This document shows positions 55,844 to 64,000 of a stretch of DNA of 64,000 bases, piece by piece. Location of the stretch: contig CBDAOY010000008.1 in assembly GCA_965198225.1 (NCBI GenBank), forward strand, positions 416,001 to 480,000, given 5' to 3'. Position 1 is the first letter of the stretch. Each line of letters starts with the position of its first letter. This stretch comes from Terriglobia bacterium. GTDB lineage: Bacteria > Acidobacteriota > Terriglobia > 20CM-2-55-15. Position numbers and translations under genes: made by a program. The notes beneath the pieces were generated by a model. It had not been told where the DNA came from, did not search any database, and saw only the letters and a list, made by a program, of their open reading frames with translations.

Positions 55844-56413
55844 ATGGCCTGGATAGACAATCGATTCGAAAAGAACATGATCACGACAACGGTGGACACC
55901 GTTTTCAACTGGGCACGCAAGTCGGCGCTGTGGCCGATGACGTTCGGCCTGGCCTGCTGTGCCATCGAGATGATGGCGACCGGCGCCTCGCGTTTCGACA
56001 TGGACCGCTTTGGTGCGGGAATCTTTCGCCCGAGCCCGAGGCAATCCGACTTGATGATCGTCGCCGGGACCGTCACCTTGAAGATGGCGCCGATCGTGCG
56101 ACGCGTCTACGACCAGATGCCCGACCCAAAATGGGTAATCTCGATGGGGGCCTGTTCGAACGTGGGCGGGCCGTTCGACACTTATTCGGTTTTGCAGGGC
56201 GTGGACCACGTCGTACCGGTCGACGTCTATGTTCCCGGCTGTCCCCCGCGTCCGGAAGCTTTGCTGTACGGGTTGATGCGCCTCCAGGACAAGATCGACC
56301 GGATGACGATCTCGAAGCGCCCGACCGATGTTCGCCTCGACGAGATCAAGGACGACGAACGCATCACGCGGGCGGCGCTCGAGGAGATGGACCGCATCGA
56401 CATGAACATCTGA
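55844..56413 (+). CDS. nuoB: NADH-quinone oxidoreductase subunit B
   Basis: [30 protein letters not shown]. Confidence 0.97.
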   Translation: MAWIDNRFEKNMITTTVDTVFNWARKSALWPMTFGLACCAIEMMATGASRFDMDRFGAGIFRPSPRQSDLMIVAGTVTLKMAPIVRRVYDQMPDPKWVISMGACSNVGGPFDTYSVLQGVDHVVPVDVYVPGCPPRPEALLYGLMRLQDKIDRMTISKRPTDVRLDEIKDDERITRAALEEMDRIDMNI

Positions 56414-56439
56414 AGGTGTTGTGCAGCTTATCCGCCCCC

Positions 56440-56464
56440 GCCCGGCCTTGTGCCGGGCTTTTTT
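56440..56464 (+). terminator. Rho-independent terminator after nuoB
   Basis: GCCCGGC-CTTGT-GCCGGGC-TTTTTT. Confidence 0.8.
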
Positions 56465-56482
56465 GTATCAGCAGGAGCGCGC

Positions 56483-57532
56483 GTGAGAGGGAATCGGGCT
56501 CTGGTCGATCATCTGGAAAGACTCATCCGGGAGCGCGGCCGACTTCCTTTCGATGTCTACATGTCGGAGGTTCTCTACCACCCTGACTACGGGTACTATT
56601 CCACCGACGCGGATCGGATCGGAGCCCTGGGGGATTTCTACACCGCGGCGGATTTGGATCCGGCAGTGGGTCAGCTCCTGACCGGTCTCTTTGATTACAT
56701 GGCCGCGCGTATTGATCGGTTCACGCTGGTTGAGATCGGAGCCGGCAAGGGTTTGCTCGCACGCCACATCCTCGAGCAACGGCGTTTCCCCTACGTGATC
56801 GTCGAGCGGAGCGGGGCGATGAGGGCCCGTCAGCAGGAGGCTCTCGAGGGGTACGGGGTCGAGTGGCGGGACCGGCTTCCGGACGGTGTCCACGGCTGTA
56901 TCTTTTCCAATGAGTTCTTCGACGCTCTCCCTGTACGCCGGTTCGTCCGGCGTGGCGGAAAGCTTCGCGAAGTCTTCGTCGGGGAGGGCTTTAGCGAAAT
57001 CGAGGCAGATCCGGAAATTCCCTTCGACCTCCAGCTGTCGGAAGAAGGCCAGGCGGGCGAGGTCAGCCTCGAGGCCCGAGAGTGGATCCGGCAGGTCGCG
57101 AAGGCGCTCGAGCTCGGATACCATCTGGTTGTCGATTACGGCGACCTTCGCCGGGAACTCTTCTCCCGTCAGAGGGGGACCCTGATGTGTTACCGGGCGC
57201 ACCAGACCAACGAGGATCCGTACTCCTGGATCGGGGAACAGGACATCACCGCACACGTCAATTTCTCGGATCTGATCGACGAGGGGACCGATCACGGTCT
57301 GGAGCTTTCGGGTTATTCGACCCAGAGGGAGTTCCTCGTCGATCTGGGCCTGCTCGAGCTTATGGAGCCTCTGGCGATGAGTCAGGACGCTAGTTCGATT
57401 CGACGGCTCCAGGCCCTGAAGAACCTCCTTTTGCCGCCGATGATGGGAGAGCGTTTCAAGGTGCTCTTGCAGCGGAAGGGGGTCGACGCTGGCTTGCTGC
57501 CCGGCTTTCGGAAAGGAGGCAGGGAGGCCTGA
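56483..57532 (+). CDS. MidA/NDUFAF7-family SAM-dependent methyltransferase
   Basis: AGGAG RBS, GTG start; FDVYMSEVLYHPDYGYY, GDFYTA, VEIGAGKG, SNEFFDALP, VDYG, QDITAHVNF, MGERFKVL. Confidence 0.9.
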   Translation: MRGNRALVDHLERLIRERGRLPFDVYMSEVLYHPDYGYYSTDADRIGALGDFYTAADLDPAVGQLLTGLFDYMAARIDRFTLVEIGAGKGLLARHILEQRRFPYVIVERSGAMRARQQEALEGYGVEWRDRLPDGVHGCIFSNEFFDALPVRRFVRRGGKLREVFVGEGFSEIEADPEIPFDLQLSEEGQAGEVSLEAREWIRQVAKALELGYHLVVDYGDLRRELFSRQRGTLMCYRAHQTNEDPYSWIGEQDITAHVNFSDLIDEGTDHGLELSGYSTQREFLVDLGLLELMEPLAMSQDASSIRRLQALKNLLLPPMMGERFKVLLQRKGVDAGLLPGFRKGGREA

Positions 57533-57750
57533 TCCGGCAAGCGGGGCCTGGTGGCCCGAAAACCGACATCAGCGTATGGTTTCAAGCAAATACGGTCTGT
57601 TCTTCCGTTGGATTGTGCGTTAATATTGCATGTTTGCCGACGCCCCGTGCGCCGCGTCGGAAGCTGTATCGAGCACCGGTGTGCGGGGACGTCACGGATG
57701 TACCGACCGCGCGTTTCCCCCAGGACCCACCTTTCTGAGAAGACACAGGC

Positions 57751-58692
57751 GTGGCAGAAGAAAGAGAAGATCAGCCAAACGAGGAATCGGGCTCCGAGCC
57801 CCAGCCCCCGGCGGAAACTTCGGCGAACCCTCCAGGAGAGGATCTTCCAGGCCCTGAAGGCCAGCCCGCCTCCTCTACCAGCAGCGATAGCGCGGAGAGT
57901 AGTAATCCGGACAAGCCTGCATCGCCGCCGTCGGCTGGCAGTGACCCGGACAAGCCGTCACACCCAGCTGGAGATGACACTGAATCGGACAAGCCGGCTC
58001 CGCCGGCGCCGGCCAGTGATCCGGACAAGCTGGCATCGCCAGCGCCGGCCGGCAATGCTCCGGACAAGCCGGCATCGCCCGGAGATGCCAAGCCGGCCGT
58101 GCCCAAGCCGCCTCCGAAGAAGCCGGCCCGCAAGAAGCCGAAGGGGCCCGTGCCGGGACCCTGGTCCTCTCCGCTCGTCGATGCCCTCAGGGAGAAGTTT
58201 CCGGGTCAGGTCCTGGACTCCTACAAGTTCATCTCCCAACGGCAGATCCTGATCAAGAAAGACCGCGTTACGGAGATCATGGGATTCCTGCGGCGCAACG
58301 ACATCGAGGCGTTCGATTTCTTGAGCGATGAGACGGCCACGCACTGGCCCAAGGAAGAGGAATTCGAACTCGTTTACAACCTGTACTCATTCGAGACGAA
58401 CGACCGCCTCCGGGTCAAAGCGCGCATCAAGGAGTGGGAACAGGTCGAGAGCCTCGTCAGCGTTTGGCCCGGGACCAACTGGCTGGAACGAGAGATTTAC
58501 GACATGTTCGGCATCCAGTTCGCAAACCATCCGAACTTGAAGCGAATCCTTTTGCCCGAGGACTGGGTCGGGTTCCCGCTTAGGAAGGACTACAACATCC
58601 GCCTTCAGGATGTAGAGTGGGTGCGAAAACACCTGGGCATCGATTCCGGGCAGAAGTTTTACGTCGGGGAGGCACGGCACGAGGAAAACTAG
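57751..58692 (+). CDS. nuoC: NADH-quinone oxidoreductase subunit C with long N-terminal P/A/S/D-rich extension
   Basis: FELVYNLYS, WPGTNWLEREIYDMFGI, RILLPEDWVGFPLRKDY; start uncertain. Confidence 0.92.
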   Translation: MAEEREDQPNEESGSEPQPPAETSANPPGEDLPGPEGQPASSTSSDSAESSNPDKPASPPSAGSDPDKPSHPAGDDTESDKPAPPAPASDPDKLASPAPAGNAPDKPASPGDAKPAVPKPPPKKPARKKPKGPVPGPWSSPLVDALREKFPGQVLDSYKFISQRQILIKKDRVTEIMGFLRRNDIEAFDFLSDETATHWPKEEEFELVYNLYSFETNDRLRVKARIKEWEQVESLVSVWPGTNWLEREIYDMFGIQFANHPNLKRILLPEDWVGFPLRKDYNIRLQDVEWVRKHLGIDSGQKFYVGEARHEEN

Positions 58693-58748
58693 TAGGCCGT
58701 TATCCGTTGTCCGCTATCGTGAATGCGTACCGCCTAACGGCCTACGGG
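58692..58748. repeat. Heptamer inverted repeat (GTAGGCC/GGCCTAC family) between nuoC and nuoD
   Basis: GTAGGCCGTTATCCGTTGTCCG...CGCCTAACGGCCTAC. Confidence 0.75.
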
Positions 58749-58824
58749 CAACTTGTTTTAGATCGCCGAAACGTGAGCAGCGAAATCTGGTTCCCAAGCG
58801 AGTAACGCTGAGCTTAAGCCAACG

Positions 58825-59937
58825 ATGAAACACGAGACCCTATTCGATTCGAGTGAGATCACCGTCAGCATGGGCCCCCAGCATCCGTCTACCCACGGGG
58901 TGCTGCAGGTCAAGCTGAAGCTCGACGGCGAGAAAGTGAACGATGCCGAGTGTGTCATCGGCTACCTCCATCGAGGAGTCGAAAAGCTGGGCGAAAACCA
59001 GACCTACGGTCAGTTCCTCCCGACGCTCGATCGGATGGACTACATCGCCGCAGTCTCCAATTGCCTGGGCTATGTCGAAGCCATCGAGAAGATGCTCGAG
59101 GTTGAGGCGCCGCCTAGGGCACAGTACGTCCGGGTCATCCTGACCGAGTTGAACCGCATCAGCAGCCACCTTCTCTGGCTGGGAACCCATGCGCTCGACA
59201 TCGGCGCGATGACGGTGTTCCTCTACGCGTTCCGTGAGAGGGAAGAGGTTCTCAAGATCTTCGAGAACTACTGCGGTGCCCGGTTGACGACCCACATTTT
59301 TCGTGTCGGCGGCCTGCAGTACGAGATCTATGAGGGGTTTGAGGAGCAGGTCCGGACCTTCGTGGACGATTTCCCGAAGAAAGTCGACGAATATGAACAG
59401 CTGCTGACGGAGAATCGCATCTGGCTGGGACGGACCAGGGGCGTCGGTGTGCTGACGAAAGAAGAAGCGATCGACCTCGGCGTGAACGGTCCCTGCCTGC
59501 GGGCTTCGGGACTGGCGTGGGATTTGAGAAAGTCGAATCCCTACGCCGCGTACGCGGATTTCGATTTCGACATCCCGGTCGGTGAATACGGGGATACCTA
59601 TGACCGCTATCTCGTCCGGGTGGAAGAGATGCGACAGGCGAACCGGATCGTTTCGCAGGCTGTGGCGAAAATCCCGGATGGCCCGATCAAGGCAAAGGTC
59701 GGAAAGATCCTGAAGCCCGTCGTCGGCGACGTCTACCACGCCATCGAGGCGCCGAAGGGAGAGCTGGGCTACTATGTTGTGGCCGACGGATCGACCCAAC
59801 CCTACCGGGTTCGCGTACGGCCTCCGTCTTACATCAACCTGCAGGCGCTGCGTCAGATGGTCCGGGGCCACATGGTGGCGGACGTCGTGGCCATCATCGG
59901 AACTCTCGACATCGTTCTCGGTGAAATCGATCGCTAG
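58825..59937 (+). CDS. nuoD: NADH-quinone oxidoreductase subunit D
   Basis: [42 protein letters not shown]. Confidence 0.97.
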   Translation: MKHETLFDSSEITVSMGPQHPSTHGVLQVKLKLDGEKVNDAECVIGYLHRGVEKLGENQTYGQFLPTLDRMDYIAAVSNCLGYVEAIEKMLEVEAPPRAQYVRVILTELNRISSHLLWLGTHALDIGAMTVFLYAFREREEVLKIFENYCGARLTTHIFRVGGLQYEIYEGFEEQVRTFVDDFPKKVDEYEQLLTENRIWLGRTRGVGVLTKEEAIDLGVNGPCLRASGLAWDLRKSNPYAAYADFDFDIPVGEYGDTYDRYLVRVEEMRQANRIVSQAVAKIPDGPIKAKVGKILKPVVGDVYHAIEAPKGELGYYVVADGSTQPYRVRVRPPSYINLQALRQMVRGHMVADVVAIIGTLDIVLGEIDR

Positions 59938-59940
59938 CTC

Positions 59941-61005
59941 ATGGACTTCCTCGTCGACTTCATCCTGATTCCGCTCATCAAGATCATCGTCGTCTTTCTG
60001 ACTCTATCGCTTGTCGTGGCGTACCTGACATTGCTGGAGCGCAAGGTCATCGCGTTCATGCAGGTGCGGCTGGGCCCCATGCGGGTCGGCCCGTACGGTT
60101 TGCTGCAGCCGATCGCCGACGGACTGAAGCTCATGCTCAAGGAAGACATCGTCCCGGCACGTGCCGATCGGCTGATCTTCACGATGGCGCCGATCATCAC
60201 GCTGATCCCGGCGTTCATCGTCTTTGCGGTGATCCCGTTCGGACCGAGCATCGAATTGTTCGGGCGTGAGATCACGCTCCACATTACCGACCTGAACATC
60301 GGGGTGCTCTACGTTCTGGCTATTTCGTCGATCGGGATTCTGGGCGTGATTCTGGGAGGCTGGGCCTCGAACAGCAAGTACCCGCTGCTGGGTGCGCTGC
60401 GCTCGGCCGCCCAGATGGTCAGCTATGAGGTTGCTCTGGGCTTTTCGATCATCGGGATCCTGCTGCTGGCAGGAACGCTGAGCCTGGTTGAGATCGTCGA
60501 GGCACAACGAGACAGCGGATACTGGTACGTCTTCCTGCAGCCGGTCGCGTTCATCCTGTTCTTCGTATGCGGCGTTGCCGAGACGAACCGGGCGCCTTTC
60601 GACCTGCCCGAGGCGGAAACGGAGCTCGTCGCCGGCTTTCACACCGAGTACAGCGGCTTCCGCTTTTCTTTGTTCTTCCTGGCCGAATACGCCAGCATGA
60701 TCGTGATCTCGTGCATGGCGGTGACGCTCTTCTGGGGCGGGTGGCTCCGGCCGTTCCCGAGTGTCGAGGCTCTGAGCTTTCTCGACAGCATCCCGGCCGC
60801 GATCGGCATCCCGGCCGGGATCGTGGGAGTCGGATGGTTTTCGTTGAAGGTTCTGGTTTTTCTCTATTTCTACCTGTGGTTCCGGGCCACCTGGCCCCGT
60901 TACCGCTACGACCAGCTGATGAGCATCGGTTGGCGCTATCTGCTGCCAATTTCGATTGCTAACGTCATCGCCACCGCGGTTCTGATTCTGGTTTTGAGGG
61001 GATAG
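59941..61005 (+). CDS. nuoH: NADH-quinone oxidoreductase subunit H
   Basis: ERKV..QVRLGP, QPIADGLK, AETNRAPFDLPEAE, RYRYDQLM. Confidence 0.97.
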   Translation: MDFLVDFILIPLIKIIVVFLTLSLVVAYLTLLERKVIAFMQVRLGPMRVGPYGLLQPIADGLKLMLKEDIVPARADRLIFTMAPIITLIPAFIVFAVIPFGPSIELFGREITLHITDLNIGVLYVLAISSIGILGVILGGWASNSKYPLLGALRSAAQMVSYEVALGFSIIGILLLAGTLSLVEIVEAQRDSGYWYVFLQPVAFILFFVCGVAETNRAPFDLPEAETELVAGFHTEYSGFRFSLFFLAEYASMIVISCMAVTLFWGGWLRPFPSVEALSFLDSIPAAIGIPAGIVGVGWFSLKVLVFLYFYLWFRATWPRYRYDQLMSIGWRYLLPISIANVIATAVLILVLRG

Positions 61006-61010
61006 ACGAG

Positions 61011-61484
61011 ATGAAGGTTGTTCGTCCGCAAGGACTTTCTCTGTTGAAGAAGATTTTCCTGGTCGACCTGATCAAGGGGTTGATGGTCACGTTTTCCTAC
61101 CAGCGTCCTTCGGCCAATTACACGGAACAGTACCCGAAGGTGCGCCCGAAAGTGTCGGAGCGATATCGCGGCGCGCCGCGCCTGAACAACGACCCCGAGA
61201 CCGGTGAGACCCTCTGTATCGCATGCAACCTGTGTGCGCTGGCATGCCCGGAGTACTGCATCGAGGTCGGTTGGGATCGCAACGAGGCCGGGAAGAAGGT
61301 CCTCACGACGTTCACCTTCGACATCTCCCGATGCATGTTCTGCGGCCTGTGCGAAGACGCGTGCCCGACTCCGTGCCTGGAACTGACCCAGGACTTTGAA
61401 CTGGCGCTGTACGGACGGACCGACATGAAGTGGGATCGCCAGAAGCTCGAAGAAGGGAACCAGCCCGTTCTGTACACGAAATGA
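61011..61484 (+). CDS. nuoI: NADH-quinone oxidoreductase subunit I
   Basis: CIACNLCALACP and CMFCGLCEDACP. Confidence 0.96.
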   Translation: MKVVRPQGLSLLKKIFLVDLIKGLMVTFSYQRPSANYTEQYPKVRPKVSERYRGAPRLNNDPETGETLCIACNLCALACPEYCIEVGWDRNEAGKKVLTTFTFDISRCMFCGLCEDACPTPCLELTQDFELALYGRTDMKWDRQKLEEGNQPVLYTK

Positions 61485-61500
61485 CCGGCGCCCGATAAGC

Positions 61501-62031
61501 ATGCTTGAACTCGTCGTCTTTTACATCTTTGCAGCGATCGCCGTGGTGTCGGCAATCCTGGTGATCACGCGGCAGAACGCCGTGCATAGCGCGATGTTTC
61601 TTGCAGGGACTCTGTTGTCGGTCGCCGGAATCTTTCTGAGCCTGCGTGCGGAGTTTCTCGCGGGCGTCCAGGTGATCGTCTACGTCGGAGGCATTCTCGT
61701 TCTCTTCGTGTTCGTCATCATGCTCGTTCCGACCGATCGGGCGGTGTTCGAACGTCGCTACAACCGACAGGGGAAAGTCGCTCTGGTGACGGCAGGGATC
61801 CTGGTTGCGGAACTCGCCTACGGCGTCTACCAGGGTCGCGACTCCTTCGCGCTTCCGGCCCCGGCATCCGTGCCGGCCGTGGAAGGCAATTCGCAGGGGG
61901 TCGGGATGGTTCTGTACCAGAACTATCTGCTGCCCTTCGAGATCGCATCAATCCTGCTGCTGGTCGCCATCATCGGTGCGGTCGTGCTTTCGAAGAAACC
62001 GACGCCGGCAGAAGAGCCGGCAGGGGATTGA
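61501..62031 (+). CDS. nuoJ: NADH-quinone oxidoreductase subunit J
   Basis: [39 protein letters not shown]. Confidence 0.96.
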   Translation: MLELVVFYIFAAIAVVSAILVITRQNAVHSAMFLAGTLLSVAGIFLSLRAEFLAGVQVIVYVGGILVLFVFVIMLVPTDRAVFERRYNRQGKVALVTAGILVAELAYGVYQGRDSFALPAPASVPAVEGNSQGVGMVLYQNYLLPFEIASILLLVAIIGAVVLSKKPTPAEEPAGD

Positions 62032-62077
62032 GTCCAAATGGCACGTGACACGGATCAAGAGCGGGCAGGTTGAGCCA

Positions 62078-62380
62078 ATGGTACCGGTACATCATTATCT
62101 GATCCTCGGTGTGGCCCTCTTCACGATCGGCGTCATTGGAGTCCTGACCCGCCGAAACGTGTTGATCATCCTGATGTCGATCGAGTTGATGATGAATGCG
62201 GTCAACATCAACCTGATCGCTTTCTCCAGGGAGCTCGAACATGTGACGGGGCAGGTTTTCGCAGTCTTCGTGATCGTCGTCGCGGCTGCTGAGGCCGCCG
62301 TCGGACTGGGAATCGTGATCGCGATGTTTGCCAACAAGGAAACCGTGAACGTCAACGAGATCGATCTCATGAAATGGTGA
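62078..62380 (+). CDS. nuoK: NADH-quinone oxidoreductase subunit K
   Basis: [23 protein letters not shown]. Confidence 0.96.
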   Translation: MVPVHHYLILGVALFTIGVIGVLTRRNVLIILMSIELMMNAVNINLIAFSRELEHVTGQVFAVFVIVVAAAEAAVGLGIVIAMFANKETVNVNEIDLMKW

Positions 62381-62381
62381 C

Positions 62382-62449
62382 TGCAGGTGTGCTCTATGAG
62401 CGCAGGTGTTTCGGTTCGAAGAAGTGTGCGGTCATAGACCGCACCTACA
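62382..62449. repeat. REP doublet, copy 4 (degenerate left arm) between nuoK and nuoL
   Basis: TGCAGGTGTGCTCTATGAGCGCA...GTGCGGTCATAGACCGCACCTACA. Confidence 0.85.
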
Positions 62450-62459
62450 AACAAATTTA

Positions 62460-64000
<1,541 letters not shown>

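Overview
GC-rich bacterial chromosome segment. The gene content (DUF1592/DUF1552 cassettes, a short Hfq-like gene, a nuo operon without nuoEFG, a DUF4159-MoxR-vWA operon) suggests Acidobacteriota or a related lineage; this is inference only. From left to right: the 5' part of metH; a CtlX-like amidinotransferase; a Tat-exported ChrC-like Fe/Mn SOD; a DsbA-like thioredoxin; and tRNA-Leu(TAA). A ~15 kb block follows with two paralogous three-gene cassettes (di-heme DUF1592-family cytochrome, Tat-type DUF1552 HxxSHH protein, exported ankyrin protein). Each cassette sits behind the same TTGACG-N17-TATAGT promoter, and three further CxxCH proteins are interleaved. Next come a cupin, a DMT transporter, a kinase-aminotransferase III fusion, an amidohydrolase and an NRAMP-like transporter; an ECF sigma/anti-sigma/periplasmic triplet; a decayed MOSC gene; and a ClC antiporter. 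Then nadE, an Smr protein, lexA with a perfect CGAAC-N4-GTTCG operator, hfq-like, HAD, YkgJ and CPBP genes; an 8-gene DUF4159-vWA-caspase fold-TPR/zincin-MoxR-DUF58-BatA-DUF4175 operon; glyA; moeA-moaC-mog; and nuoAB-[MidA/NDUFAF7-like methyltransferase]-nuoCDHIJKL. Intergenic DNA holds four GTAG-type REP doublets and several 7-bp periodic inverted repeat tracts. Three frameshift or duplication anomalies may be assembly errors. All family assignments come from motif recognition, not database searches.
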